NCBI GenBank assembly: GCA_965279035.1
Contig: OZ257142.1
Location: 1,728,001-1,792,000, forward strand
Length of the DNA stretch: 64,000 nt
Source: Bacteroidia bacterium
GTDB taxonomy: Bacteria; Bacteroidota; Bacteroidia; M30B66
Direction of reading: 5' to 3'
Program-made: the position numbers and the translations under genes
Notes under the pieces: model-generated
The model's database searches: none
What the model was told of the DNA's origin: nothing
What the model saw: only the letters and a program-made list of their open reading frames with translations
Shown: one piece after another, positions 1 to 10,838 of the stretch
Numbering within the stretch: position 1 is the first letter of the stretch
How the letters are laid out: each line of letters opens with the position of its first letter

Positions 1-615
1 AACGGTAACTTGAGCATGACTTGGAATATCGAAAAGTTGAGCATACTGTGGCGAATTTCCATCCCAAACGGTAGATCCGAAATAGTCGTTTTTCTTTACT
101 CGAGAAGAAATTTTAGTATTGCTATTAAGCAGCGACATAACGGTACTAAAATGTTCCGAAACATCTTTCACCACTCCAACTACACCATTGCTACTGATAA
201 CAGCATCACCCGATTTTATTCCTTGTAATCGACCTTTATCCAATGTAATGTAGTTGTTAACGCGAGTTACACTGTTATTAATGACGCGTGCGCTGATATA
301 CTCGTATTGTTGAATTCCGGTTGAGTCGTTCACTTTCATGACTTCAAAACGAGTATCATAAAACGAACTAGAATCGGCTTTTCTCAAACGCGCATTTTCT
401 GCTGCTAACACCCGATTGGTTTCTCCTAAAATGAGGTAGTCGGTTACGTTGCTGTATGCAGCATACATATTCCCAACAACTTCATTACTAGTTCCAACGA
501 TGGCGGCTCGCTGGTACGTTGAATTTTGAACTAACAAGAAACCCGAAACCACCTCCAACAGAAGAAAGACAATGAAGAAATTGTATTTTCTGATGAGGAC
601 GAAAAAATTCCGCAT
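1..615 (-). CDS. mreC: Rod shape-determining protein MreC (partial, runs off window start)
   Basis: ATG at 615 (minus) reads MRNFFVLIRKYNFFIVFLLLE..., an N-terminal TM followed by a coiled coil; directly downstream of mreB. Not in the ORF track. Confidence 0.9.
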   Translation of the reverse strand, partial: MRNFFVLIRKYNFFIVFLLLEVVSGFLLVQNSTYQRAAIVGTSNEVVGNMYAAYSNVTDYLILGETNRVLAAENARLRKADSSSFYDTRFEVMKVNDSTGIQQYEYISARVINNSVTRVNNYITLDKGRLQGIKSGDAVISSNGVVGVVKDVSEHFSTVMSLLNSNTKISSRVKKNDYFGSTVWDGNSPQYAQLFDIPSHAQVTV

Positions 616-641
616 ACGATCTCAGATCAAAAAGGGATAGT

Positions 642-1664
642 TTATCGAATCAAGAATTTGAATTTATCGCGATTTTTCAAGGCGATTCCTGTCCCACGGG
701 CAACCGCACGAAGTGGATCTTCGGCAATATAAACCGGTAGTTTCGTACGAGCCGAAATTCGTTTATCCAAACCACGAAGCATTGATCCTCCACCAGCTAA
801 ATAAATCCCAGTGCGATAAATATCTGCTGAAAGTTCCGGCGGTGTCATTTCCAAGGCATTCAAAATAGCCGTTTCAATTTTCGCAATGGATTTGTCCAAA
901 CAATGCGCAATCTCTTGATACGAAACCATGATTTCTTTTGGAATACCCGTCATCATATCACGACCGTGAACAGCATAATCGGCAGGAGGATTTTCAATTT
1001 CTGTTAAGGCTGCGCCCACTTCAATTTTAATACGCTCAGCTGTACGCTCACCAATATGGATATTGTGCTGACGACGCATGTAATCCTCGATATCAGCAGT
1101 AAAATCATCACCAGCCACGCGAATACTTTTATCGCAGACAATTCCACCTAAGGCAATAACAGCGATCTCAGAAGTACCACCACCAATATCGATGATCATA
1201 TTTCCCATCGGCTCTTCTACGTCGATACCGATACCGATTGCAGCAGCCATGGGTTCGTGAATGAGGTAAACTTCTTTCGCTCCAGCATGTTCGGCGGAGT
1301 CGCGTACTGCACGTTTTTCCACCTCAGTAATTCCCGAAGGAATGCAGATAACCATGACTAATGAAGGGGAAAATATTTTCCTTCCGGGATTGATCATTTT
1401 TATCATTCCCCGAATCATGTGTTCGGCTGCGTTGAAGTCGGCAATCACACCATCTTTCAATGGGCGAATGGTTTTGATGTTTTCGTGTGTTTTACCATGC
1501 ATTTGCTGAGCTTGCTTTCCAACGGCAATTACTTTTCCTGTTGAACGCTCAATGGCCACAATCGAAGGTTCATCAACAACTACTTTATCGTTGTGAATAA
1601 TGATCGTATTGGCTGTACCAAGGTCGATGGCGATTTCCTGGGTGAAGAAATTAAATAAACCCAT
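642..1664 (-). CDS. mreB: Rod shape-determining protein MreB
   Basis: IDLGTANT, DIGGGTSE, LAGGGSML actin-fold motifs, AEDPLRAVARG. Confidence 0.98.
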   Translation of the reverse strand: MGLFNFFTQEIAIDLGTANTIIIHNDKVVVDEPSIVAIERSTGKVIAVGKQAQQMHGKTHENIKTIRPLKDGVIADFNAAEHMIRGMIKMINPGRKIFSPSLVMVICIPSGITEVEKRAVRDSAEHAGAKEVYLIHEPMAAAIGIGIDVEEPMGNMIIDIGGGTSEIAVIALGGIVCDKSIRVAGDDFTADIEDYMRRQHNIHIGERTAERIKIEVGAALTEIENPPADYAVHGRDMMTGIPKEIMVSYQEIAHCLDKSIAKIETAILNALEMTPPELSADIYRTGIYLAGGGSMLRGLDKRISARTKLPVYIAEDPLRAVARGTGIALKNRDKFKFLIR

Positions 1665-1679
1665 GTGTGTATCTCGGGA

Positions 1680-3170
1680 TTAATGTTTAAAGTGTCTGAT
1701 TCCTGTAAAAACCATCGCCATATTCAGGCGGTTGGCTGTATCAATTGTTTCCTGATCGCGAACGGATCCGCCAGGTTGAATAATTGCCGCAATACCCGCC
1801 TCGGCAGCCAGTTCTACATTGTCGGAAAATGGAAAAAATGCATCCGACGACAATACTGAACCTTCTGTTGTAAAGCCCATGCGACGAGCTTTTTCGACCG
1901 ATTGTTTTAAGGCATCTACGCGTGAAGTTTGTCCTGTACCGGAAGCTAAAAGCTGCAAGTGACGAACGAGAACGATTGCGTTTGATTTGGTATGTTTCAC
2001 CAGAATGGCAGCAAACTCAATGTCGGCATACAATGCTGGATCGGGTTGTTTTTCTGTTACTGTAATAAAATCTTCAGCCGTTTCGATACGCGTATCACGT
2101 TGTTGAACAAGTGTGCCGTTGAGAACACTGCGGTAGTTCGTATGTGGCCAAGCAAAATCCTGTGTGTGAAGGATGATTCGATTCTTCTTGCTTTTCAGTA
2201 TTTGCAGAGCTTCGTCGGAATAACTAGGAGCTAAGATGACTTCAAAAAATAATAAATCAACTTCTTTCGCTGTATCAACATCAATTGCTGTATTGAAAAC
2301 AAACACACCACCAAAAGCCGAAAGTGGATCACCAGCTAATGCTTTTTTCCATGCTTGAACAGAATCTTTATCGAGCGCTGCTCCACAGGCATTGTTGTGT
2401 TTTATGACGGCACAACCAGCAGAAGGAAAATCATGAATGAGCGAAAGAGCAGCATCCACATCGAGCAGGTTGTTGTATGAAAGTTCTTTCCCGTGTAGTT
2501 GAGAAAAAGCTTTATTCAAATCACCTTGAAAACTAGCTGCTTGGTGAGGATTTTCACCATAGCGAAGTGCTTGTTTATTTCCTCCAAACCAATCGGCAAT
2601 AGCAGTATCGTAAGTAGAAGTAGTTGCAAATGCTGAAGCAGCATAGTGTTTACGCTGATCTAGATTGCTGAAACCATCCTGCTCATTCAATAAATCTAAA
2701 AATGCTGGGTACTGCTTTTTATCCGAAATGATCAACACATCTTGAAAATTCTTCGCTGCAGCACGAATTAAACTCACACCTCCAATATCAATTTTCTCAA
2801 TAATCTCTTCTTCAATCGCACCAGAAGCAAGCGTTTCGCTGAATGGATACAAATCAACCATCACCAAATCAATTTCAGGAATCTCGTATTCCTCGAGTTG
2901 AGCAATGTCTGATTTTTCATCTCGGCGACTTAGTATTCCTCCAAAAACCTTTGGGTGAAGAGTTTTTACTCGCCCACCTAAAATGGAAGGATAAGTAGTG
3001 AGATCTTCTACTGCAATCACATCCAATCCCAATTCTTCCAAAAATGTACGTGTTCCTCCGGTAGAATAAACTTTTACTCCTAAAGCCTGCAATTTGAGCG
3101 CAATGGGTGCAAGTCCATCTTTGTAAAATACCGAAATGAGTGCGCTTTGGATGCGCTTAGGTTGGGACAT
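1680..3170 (-). CDS. purH: Bifunctional AICAR transformylase/IMP cyclohydrolase
   Basis: SALISV, GGRVKTLHP, LRYGENPHQ, SDAFFPF, IRHFKH; start at MSQPK (3170), supported by a TAAGTTTG promoter at 3192-3199. Confidence 0.97.
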   Translation of the reverse strand: MSQPKRIQSALISVFYKDGLAPIALKLQALGVKVYSTGGTRTFLEELGLDVIAVEDLTTYPSILGGRVKTLHPKVFGGILSRRDEKSDIAQLEEYEIPEIDLVMVDLYPFSETLASGAIEEEIIEKIDIGGVSLIRAAAKNFQDVLIISDKKQYPAFLDLLNEQDGFSNLDQRKHYAASAFATTSTYDTAIADWFGGNKQALRYGENPHQAASFQGDLNKAFSQLHGKELSYNNLLDVDAALSLIHDFPSAGCAVIKHNNACGAALDKDSVQAWKKALAGDPLSAFGGVFVFNTAIDVDTAKEVDLLFFEVILAPSYSDEALQILKSKKNRIILHTQDFAWPHTNYRSVLNGTLVQQRDTRIETAEDFITVTEKQPDPALYADIEFAAILVKHTKSNAIVLVRHLQLLASGTGQTSRVDALKQSVEKARRMGFTTEGSVLSSDAFFPFSDNVELAAEAGIAAIIQPGGSVRDQETIDTANRLNMAMVFTGIRHFKH

Positions 3171-3191
3171 GGAATGAAAAGAATGAAGCCG

Positions 3192-3199
3192 CAAACTTA
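3192..3199 (-). promoter_or_regulatory. Bacteroidota housekeeping -7 promoter element (TAnnTTTG) for purH-mreB-mreC
   Basis: TAAGTTTG on the minus strand, 21 bp upstream of the purH ATG. Confidence 0.6.
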
Positions 3200-3407
3200 A
3201 TGAAAAGAAGTCCACGATTCGGGGCGAAATGCAGGGAATTTTAGGAAATGTTAAGAATTTTTGAACAAATCATACACGTTTCTAACATGCTGATTTTCAA
3301 ATGCAAAAAATAACATTGTTCATTAACAACATTCAAGACGTACATGCTATTTCATGAAAATCAATTCATTTCAACTAAAATAGCTTAAACAAGAAAGAAA
3401 TTCAACA

Positions 3408-4460
3408 TTAAACTTCTTTGCTCACATAGGAAGGCTGGAAGTTTTCGTCGCTGTATTCTTTCATAAATCGCATCGAATCATCAACCATCGCTTCGGAACC
3501 AACAAACAATGGAACACGTTGGTGTATGTCGGTTGGACGAATTTCCAGAATATCATTAAAGCCATCAGTTGCTTTTCCTCCTGCTTGTTCAACAATCATG
3601 GCCATGGGATTGGCTTCGTACATCAGTCGTAACTTGCCTTTGGGCGATGCCAATGTGGTTGGATAAATATAAATTCCTCCTTTGATCAAGTTACGATGAA
3701 AATCGCTCACCAATGAACCAATGTAGCGCAATGTATACGGCTTATTGTTGGCTTTATCGTCGATTTGAAGATTCTTAATATACTTTTTTACACCTTCGGG
3801 AAAATGAACGAAGTTTCCTTGATTCACCGAATAAATATTTCCTCCTTTAGGAATACGCATGTTCGGATGTGAAAGACAAAATTCTCCTATGGAAGGATCG
3901 AGTGTGAAGCCATTCACACCATTTCCGGTTGTATAAACCAACATGGTAGATGAACCATAAACTATGTATCCCGCAGCCACTTGATCTGAACCGTATTGAA
4001 GAAAATCATCGACTGTAGCTGGACCATTTTTCGTTTTTCTTCGGTAGATAGAAAAGATTGTCCCAACAGAAACATTCACATCGATATTGGATGAACCATC
4101 TAATGGATCCATGGCTACGATGTATTTTCCAGAGGAAGCCGGACCGTCGAAAAGAATAATATCATCGTTTTCTTCGGAAGCTACACCGGCACATTCGCCA
4201 CCCGAAGCAAGAGCCGCCAAAAACTGATCATTGGCAAATACGTCCAATTTTTTTTGTCCTTCGCCTTGAATGTTTTCTGTTCCAGCTTCACCTAAAATAT
4301 TGACCAATCCGGCCTTATTTACTTCGCGATTGACAATTTTAGCAGCAATACTGATATCGCTCAAAAGACTGGAAAGTTCCCCTTTTGCGTAAGGGAAATC
4401 GGCTTGACGCTCGATAATAAACTCCCCCAATGTCACTAAGTTACGGCTCGGACGGTACAT
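3408..4460 (-). CDS. fbp: Class 1 fructose-1,6-bisphosphatase
   Basis: [41 protein letters not shown]. Confidence 0.97.
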   Translation of the reverse strand: MYRPSRNLVTLGEFIIERQADFPYAKGELSSLLSDISIAAKIVNREVNKAGLVNILGEAGTENIQGEGQKKLDVFANDQFLAALASGGECAGVASEENDDIILFDGPASSGKYIVAMDPLDGSSNIDVNVSVGTIFSIYRRKTKNGPATVDDFLQYGSDQVAAGYIVYGSSTMLVYTTGNGVNGFTLDPSIGEFCLSHPNMRIPKGGNIYSVNQGNFVHFPEGVKKYIKNLQIDDKANNKPYTLRYIGSLVSDFHRNLIKGGIYIYPTTLASPKGKLRLMYEANPMAMIVEQAGGKATDGFNDILEIRPTDIHQRVPLFVGSEAMVDDSMRFMKEYSDENFQPSYVSKEV

Positions 4461-4656
4461 GCAGACGGTTGATTTGGGAGCGTAAAGATAATACGATGTT
4501 CGATATGGCGGGAATGTTAATTTAATATGAAGCTAATTCGGTTCCGATTTCAAGTTTAAGCAGACAATGCACGTGCTTTTAAATAATCTGGAATTGAAAT
4601 ACTTAACCTAGCTGTTTTTAGAATTTTATTTGGATTGCATGTATCGCTTCGATAAC

Positions 4657-4664
4657 TATCTTTG
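4657..4664 (+). promoter_or_regulatory. -7 promoter element
   Basis: TATCTTTG just upstream of the ATG at 4681. Confidence 0.55.
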
Positions 4665-4680
4665 TTTCAAAGGTCCAACC

Positions 4681-5502
4681 ATGAAACGATTTTACTTCCT
4701 CTTAATTTTAGGTTCATTCAGTTTTATTGCTTCAGCTCAGACGCTCATGAATTTTCATGATTTTGAAGTTGTAACAATCGAAGGTGATACCATTTCACTT
4801 TCTCAGTATGCTGGAAAAAAATTGTTGGTTGTCAATACTGCTAGTTATTGTGGCTATACACATCAATTCAACGATTTGCAAGCTTTGTATCAACAATACG
4901 GTGGAAGTAATTTTGAAATTCTTGGTTTTCCATGCAACGATTTTGGAAGCCAAGATCCTGGTGCCGATTCTACCATTTTAGAATTTTGCACAAGCAATTA
5001 CAATGTATCGTTTCAGATGATGTCACGCATTCATATTAAAACAGGTGATACAGCTTCCGTATATAAATGGCTTCAACGAGGCGAACTCAATGGCATTTCA
5101 GATGCTGCTGTAACATGGAACTTCAATAAATTCTTGATTGATGCTCAAGGAAATTGGTCAGGATATTATGACAGTCCTATTTTACCTAACAATCCAGCCA
5201 TTGTTGATTGGATATTAGCTGGTACAGAACCACTCGGAATTTCAGAATCAAAACTGACTTCGTTTCGCGTTTGGACTTTTGAGAATTCCGTTCATATTTC
5301 GAATCCTGTAGAAATCAAAAAATCAATTCAGCTTCAACTTTATTCCATTTCAGGACAATTACTGAATAACGAAATGCTATATCCCAATTCAAATACTGAG
5401 TTTCAATTCTCGGTGCGAGGTATTTCTCCCGGTTTGTACATTTTGAAATTACAAAGTGGAGATCATATTGAAAATCATCGAATTGTCATTTCGAATCAGT
5501 AA
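4681..5502 (+). CDS. Glutathione peroxidase-family protein with signal peptide and T9SS C-terminal sorting domain
   Basis: NTASYCG, GFPCNDFG, WNFNKFL GPx motifs; N-terminal signal peptide; C-terminal YSISGQL...GLYILKL...RIVI. Confidence 0.85.
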   Translation: MKRFYFLLILGSFSFIASAQTLMNFHDFEVVTIEGDTISLSQYAGKKLLVVNTASYCGYTHQFNDLQALYQQYGGSNFEILGFPCNDFGSQDPGADSTILEFCTSNYNVSFQMMSRIHIKTGDTASVYKWLQRGELNGISDAAVTWNFNKFLIDAQGNWSGYYDSPILPNNPAIVDWILAGTEPLGISESKLTSFRVWTFENSVHISNPVEIKKSIQLQLYSISGQLLNNEMLYPNSNTEFQFSVRGISPGLYILKLQSGDHIENHRIVISNQ

Positions 5503-5634
5503 ACATTTATTACTCTAACAATCATTCAGGTAAATTTTACCTAAACAGTTCTACCGAAAATTCAGCTCAACAATTTTTAAAAGAGTTTGAATAATACAAT
5601 TCATCATAGGCATCTATTTAACCTAATTTATTGA

Positions 5635-6879
5635 ATGCTGTTTTTGCGTCTCTTTCGGGAAAGTTTTCATTTTGCACTCGACTCATTACTGAGTAATAAA
5701 CTGCGTACATTTTTATCGCTCCTCGGGATTACCATTGGGATTTTTGCCATTATTTCGGTATTCACCATGGTCGATTCGATCAAAAGTAATTTAGATAAAA
5801 GCATTTCCTCTCTTGGGAACAATGTCATCTTTATTCAAAAATGGCCTTGGGAATTTACATCCGACTATAAATGGTGGGATTATATGAGTCGCCCCGTTAC
5901 GCATTATCAAGAATTACAATTGGTTCGGGAACGAAGTACTTTATCTGTGGCTTCGGCCTTTTTGATTCAAGCCAATGTGACTTTACAGTATAAAAGTTTT
6001 ACTGCCGAAGATGTTCAAATAAGTGCGGTTAGTGATGAATACGATAAAATCAAATCATTCGAAATTCAAGAAGGACGCTATTTTAGTGATGCAGAGATTC
6101 ATGCAGGACGAAATAAAATTGTTGTCGGAGCAGAGGTAGCCAAGCAACTTTTTGGAAATCTAACACCCATTGGAAAAGAGATTTTAGTGCGAGGTGATAA
6201 AGTGGAAGTGATCGGTGTTTTCAAGCGTGAAGGGCAAAACATTCTCGATTTTGGGCTCGATAATGCCGCCATGGTTCCTTTGAATTTTGCGCGCGCATTG
6301 GTTGATATTCGGAGCGATAATGTGAATCCGTATATCGCAGTAAAAGCAAAAGAAGGTATCAGTAATGAAGCGTTGATTGATGAATTGACTGGGATTATGC
6401 GTGGAATTCGGCGTATTTCTCCACGAGAGAATAATAACTTCGCCTTGAATGAAACGAAATTAATTTCAAACGGATTGGGTTCATTAATCGGAGTTGTAAA
6501 TGTTGCCGGAGGATTTATTGGATTATTTTCCATACTCGTTGGCGGTTTTGGAATTGCCAACATCATGTTTGTATCGGTAAAAGAGCGAACCAATATTATC
6601 GGTATTCAAAAGGCCTTAGGTGCACGCAACTACTTTATTTTATTTCAATTTCTGTTTGAGTCGATGTTGCTTTCCATTGCTGGTGGAATCATTGGTTTAT
6701 TGGTCATCTTTTTTTTAACACTAGCGCTGAGTGCTGGTTTGGATATGGATATATCGCTCAGCATTAAAAACATTAGTTTGGGAATCCTCATTTCATCGGT
6801 GATAGGATTAATCGCTGGAATTGCTCCGGCATTATCGGCTTCACGTCTCGATCCGGTGGAAGCGATACGTTCGAAATGA
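5635..6879 (+). CDS. MacB/FtsX-family ABC transporter permease
   Basis: RTFLSLLGITIG; GGFGIANIMFVSVKERT..IGIQKALGA; PALSASRLDPVEAIR. Confidence 0.93.
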   Translation: MLFLRLFRESFHFALDSLLSNKLRTFLSLLGITIGIFAIISVFTMVDSIKSNLDKSISSLGNNVIFIQKWPWEFTSDYKWWDYMSRPVTHYQELQLVRERSTLSVASAFLIQANVTLQYKSFTAEDVQISAVSDEYDKIKSFEIQEGRYFSDAEIHAGRNKIVVGAEVAKQLFGNLTPIGKEILVRGDKVEVIGVFKREGQNILDFGLDNAAMVPLNFARALVDIRSDNVNPYIAVKAKEGISNEALIDELTGIMRGIRRISPRENNNFALNETKLISNGLGSLIGVVNVAGGFIGLFSILVGGFGIANIMFVSVKERTNIIGIQKALGARNYFILFQFLFESMLLSIAGGIIGLLVIFFLTLALSAGLDMDISLSIKNISLGILISSVIGLIAGIAPALSASRLDPVEAIRSK

Positions 6880-6943
6880 TTCTGATTTTACTTTCAAAAT
6901 TGAAGGTTTGTCTTTAATCGTAATTTCCTCCCCAAGCTCTCCA

Positions 6944-7480
6944 TTAGAAACTCATCATTCTTCCTAATACGTAATTTCTCCTCGAATGAAAGAATGGAAA
7001 TCGACGATTCATATAAAAACGTCGTTCACCAATTCGAAATAAAGTGATCGATTTGAATCTGGGTTTATATTTTTTATTGACCGAAGGTGCTGGTTGATTT
7101 TCAGTTTGAACGCTGTCGACTTTGGCTTTTCTGTACTGAGGATTTACACATTTCCCAGCCGCGTTGATTTCTATAGGATCTTTTTGAATAGGTGCTTGAG
7201 CGCTTATAAAATCTTGTTGGAAATAGAGTATTAGACTAGCTACTATCGGTTTTATTCGAGGAAGCTTTAAGAAATTTAAAGAAAAGCTGGATTGCATTTC
7301 CACTTGATGATCATGGGCAATGCCGCATAATTCACCATTATTTTGACTGAATAGTTCGGTGATTTCAATCTCAGAAAGGGTTCTTAAATCGTGTACATTT
7401 TTTTTACACGATTGACAGAAGAAAGAAGACTGTGGCTCAGGAATTCCGGCTGTACAAGGAGAATACAAATTCGGTTTCAT
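6944..7480 (-). CDS. Hypothetical protein with Cys-rich N-terminus (PC...FCQSC...LCG)
   Basis: Start at MKPNLY avoids overlap with the VIT1 gene; the Cys pattern resembles the N-terminal module of Bacteroidota carboxypeptidase-regulatory-like/TonB proteins. Confidence 0.55.
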   Translation of the reverse strand: MKPNLYSPCTAGIPEPQSSFFCQSCKKNVHDLRTLSEIEITELFSQNNGELCGIAHDHQVEMQSSFSLNFLKLPRIKPIVASLILYFQQDFISAQAPIQKDPIEINAAGKCVNPQYRKAKVDSVQTENQPAPSVNKKYKPRFKSITLFRIGERRFYMNRRFPFFHSRRNYVLGRMMSF

Positions 7481-7579
7481 ACCAATCGATTTGAATCTAA
7501 ATTTAAGAGAATTTTCAAATAAAAACACCGATTTTGGCAAGGAATCTAGTTTTTTACCTTTGTGCCAAACGCTGCCTCC

Positions 7580-8281
7580 ATGACGCATCATCACAATGAA
7601 GATCATTTAAAAAGTTCTGCTTTCATTTCCGATATCGTAATTGGTATGGCCGACGGATTAACGGTTCCATTTGCTTTAGCGGCTGGGTTGAGTGGAGCAG
7701 TTCAAAGTAACGGGGTAATAATAACTGCCGGAATTGCCGAAATAGTAGCAGGAAGTATTGCCATGGGTTTAGGTGGATATTTGGCTGGCAAGACCGAACA
7801 AGAACATTATGCTTCCGAATGGAAAAGGGAAGAAGAAGAAGTGGAACGTGTTCCCGAACGTGAAAAAGAAGAAGTACGCGAAGTGTTTGCCGAATATGGA
7901 TTAAGTGTCGAAACACAACACTTGATTGCCGATGAAATGGCAAAAGACAAACGCAAGTGGATTGAATTTATGATGAAGTTCGAATTAGGACTCGAAGAAC
8001 CTCATATTAACAGAGCACGAAACAGTGCAGCTACCATTGGAATCGCCTATATTGTTGGAGGTATTATTCCTTTAAGTGCGTATGTTTTTACCGATACTCC
8101 TGTTTTGGGTTTGATGTTTTCGGCAATTTTAACGGTGATGTGCTTATTTGTTTTTGGATATTATAAGAGTAAAGTAACTGGACAAGCTCCATTACAAGGT
8201 GCTTTAAAAGTTACGTTTATTGGAGTAATTGCAGCTGCCGCAGCATTTTTTGTCGCTAAACTATTTGGTCAAATGATATAA
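7580..8281 (+). CDS. VIT1/CCC1 family Fe/Mn transporter
   Basis: DIVIGMADGLTVPFAL, AGSIAMGLGGYLA, Glu-rich loop, His-rich N-terminus. Confidence 0.93.
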   Translation: MTHHHNEDHLKSSAFISDIVIGMADGLTVPFALAAGLSGAVQSNGVIITAGIAEIVAGSIAMGLGGYLAGKTEQEHYASEWKREEEEVERVPEREKEEVREVFAEYGLSVETQHLIADEMAKDKRKWIEFMMKFELGLEEPHINRARNSAATIGIAYIVGGIIPLSAYVFTDTPVLGLMFSAILTVMCLFVFGYYKSKVTGQAPLQGALKVTFIGVIAAAAAFFVAKLFGQMI

Positions 8282-8416
8282 AAAAATGTTTGTGCTTGAT
8301 TGAAAGTAGTTTAAAGAAATAATTTATATTCGTTCTTCGTTTTCGATAACTGTTTAAACAGAATAACCGATTTCGAATTTTAATCTAAAATTGCTCAAAA
8401 ATCAATATCAACACCC

Positions 8417-8764
8417 ATGAAATCATTCAAATTCATTTTCGCTAGCTTAACTTTATTGACATTCATCCTAAGCTCATGTAAAGACAATTCGCTTAGACTA
8501 TGTTTTGATTCTGATGATCGAACTCCGAATGTTGGTCAGCGCGTTACATTTAATGCAGCTTGTTCCGAAGGGGTTGATTTATATCATTGGAACTTTGGAG
8601 ATGGTAACGATACAATTACCAAAGTACCAACTGTTCAACATGCATTTCAATCGCAAGGATATTACACCATTTCACTTCATAATACAGCAACTCAAGTTGT
8701 TGGAGAATGTTCTCCTAATGGAAATGGTAATATTGCAACTACTACCTGTGAAGTTACACAATGA
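8417..8764 (+). CDS. PKD-domain lipoprotein
   Basis: Lipobox LSSC; YHWNFGDG and H.F...G.YTISL PKD motif. Confidence 0.85.
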   Translation: MKSFKFIFASLTLLTFILSSCKDNSLRLCFDSDDRTPNVGQRVTFNAACSEGVDLYHWNFGDGNDTITKVPTVQHAFQSQGYYTISLHNTATQVVGECSPNGNGNIATTTCEVTQ

Positions 8765-9897
8765 GTGAAAATTTACCTGAACGTGGCCTCAATTGGTTCG
8801 GAATTTTCAGGTTGATTCTTTCCTCATTCCTTTTTCTTTATTCCTTATTAACCCTTATTCCACTTTGGTGGGATGAGGGTCTTTTGTATAATCTGGCTGC
8901 TATAGAAGATGGAAGTTTGTATTGTTTTTTAAGCCTTATCATTTTCATTCTTCCAGCTAAACACTATTTTAAATACAGCAGTTTTATACGTTGGATTCCT
9001 TTTCTTGCCTTTATATTACTCCTGTATCCAGCCTTTCAATCGGCCATTGTATTTTCTAAAATGGAACATTCGGGAGTTACGGGTGCTCAAAATGCATTCT
9101 CCTATGCTCGTTGGATTAAAGGATATAAACCAGCCGTTCGTTTTGAAAATTTAAAAATTACTGCATCCGACAATCAAACCCTTGAAGGCATTTTCTATTC
9201 AAAAAATTATCAAACAGGAAAGCATCCACTTATTCTCGTTCTTCATGGCGGAGGATTTACCGCAGGAACTGCTCAACACGGTCAACGATTAGCTGCGGCA
9301 CTTGCCGATCGTGGCTGGAAAACCCTCAGCATCGATTACCGATTGGCTCCTCAAACATCCTATCCCGGACAAGTGGAAGATGTGAAGCAATGGATTCAAA
9401 AATTAAAAATAGATGCCAATCATTTTGAGATTGATACGACAGCTATCTTTCTTGCAGGCGAATCGGCTGGAGCAACAATCGCAGTGAATGCAGCTTATAC
9501 ATTACATGATCCATCGATTCTTGCTGTTGCTAATTTATATGGTATAGTTTCTACCGAATTTACATATGATGCTCTTCTCGAAAGTTCGTCTGATCTCAAA
9601 TCCATGATCAATGCGTATCGAGGAACCGCAAGCACCACGGAGATAAGTCCGATTGTTCAATGTCGTAAATTCGCTGTTCCAACGATTAGCATTCATGGAG
9701 AACGCGATCCGATAATTCCATTTCAGCAAGCTGCATTTTTAGCTCAAACCCTCGATTCGATGAAGATTCAAAATCAATTGCTTCTCATCCCTTGGGCAAC
9801 GCATTTATTCAATCATCCGGCTTCTGGTCCTTCAGGACAACTTGCTATCGAATCGATTGATCGTTTCTTTCGACAACAAACAAAAAATAATTTCTAA
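8761..9897 (+). CDS. Membrane-anchored alpha/beta hydrolase (HSL-type esterase)
   Basis: HGGGF oxyanion motif, DYRLAP, GESAG nucleophile, HGERD..IP, N-terminal TM helices. Confidence 0.9.
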   Translation: MSENLPERGLNWFGIFRLILSSFLFLYSLLTLIPLWWDEGLLYNLAAIEDGSLYCFLSLIIFILPAKHYFKYSSFIRWIPFLAFILLLYPAFQSAIVFSKMEHSGVTGAQNAFSYARWIKGYKPAVRFENLKITASDNQTLEGIFYSKNYQTGKHPLILVLHGGGFTAGTAQHGQRLAAALADRGWKTLSIDYRLAPQTSYPGQVEDVKQWIQKLKIDANHFEIDTTAIFLAGESAGATIAVNAAYTLHDPSILAVANLYGIVSTEFTYDALLESSSDLKSMINAYRGTASTTEISPIVQCRKFAVPTISIHGERDPIIPFQQAAFLAQTLDSMKIQNQLLLIPWATHLFNHPASGPSGQLAIESIDRFFRQQTKNNF

Positions 9898-9924
9898 ACC
9901 CAATCTCACAAAAAAATCAATCGT

Positions 9925-10836
9925 ATGCGTCTTCACTACTTATCCCTTTTTCTTCTATCCATTGTATTATTTTCCTGTTCAAGTGGAACTGAATATGATT
10001 TGAAATATCGCCCAAAACCCAATACACGCTATGCCTTCAAGAATGTTACAACCATGAATATGGATCAGAAGATGATGGGGCAGAGCATGAAAATGGATCA
10101 AGAAATTGTGTACGATGGAATTTATGAAGTAGGTTCAATGTCTGCCGATAGTAGCTATGATGTAACATTAACATACACGCACATGAGCACTAAACAAACC
10201 ATGAAAGCTCCGATGGAGAAAGTAACTTCTTTCGATTCGGATTTAAAGGATACAACTCAGGAAGATACAGGCTCTGAATTATATGATCAGATTTTGAATC
10301 AACCGATGAAAATGAAAGTCAGCAAAGACGGAAAAGTACTTTCATTTAGTGGTATGTATGAAGCGATTAAAAAAGCAATGAAATCAACTACAGATTCCAA
10401 ACTTAGTGATGAATTAGTTGGACAATTTACCGATGATAACATGAAAGGAACAATCGAATATATTTTTCGACTTTATCCTGAATCCAAAGTAAATGTGGGA
10501 GCAGATTGGGAAATTGAACAAAAATACGAAGCCGGATATCCCATGTTAATTCAATCGAAATACACGTTTAATGGGGAGAAAAATGGTCGTGCTATGCTAT
10601 CATCCACAGGAACAATCAAAACGAATAAAGGAGGGAAAGGACTTTCGTCAATGATGGCTAAAATGATTGAACTGAGCGGTGATCAAACAGCAACAATTGA
10701 ATTGGATTTGAAAACCGGATTGCCACTTGTAAATACAAGTAATCTCACAATCAAAGGTGAAATGAATATGATGGGAGCTAAATTTCCGATCAGTATGAAA
10801 TCTACCACCAAGGTAACACTTACACCAATCAACTAA
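9925..10836 (+). CDS. Lipoprotein, DUF6263-like
   Basis: Lipobox LFSC; YP...V.VGA.W and DLKTGLP motifs; Met-rich. Confidence 0.65.
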   Translation: MRLHYLSLFLLSIVLFSCSSGTEYDLKYRPKPNTRYAFKNVTTMNMDQKMMGQSMKMDQEIVYDGIYEVGSMSADSSYDVTLTYTHMSTKQTMKAPMEKVTSFDSDLKDTTQEDTGSELYDQILNQPMKMKVSKDGKVLSFSGMYEAIKKAMKSTTDSKLSDELVGQFTDDNMKGTIEYIFRLYPESKVNVGADWEIEQKYEAGYPMLIQSKYTFNGEKNGRAMLSSTGTIKTNKGGKGLSSMMAKMIELSGDQTATIELDLKTGLPLVNTSNLTIKGEMNMMGAKFPISMKSTTKVTLTPIN

Positions 10837-10838
10837 GA

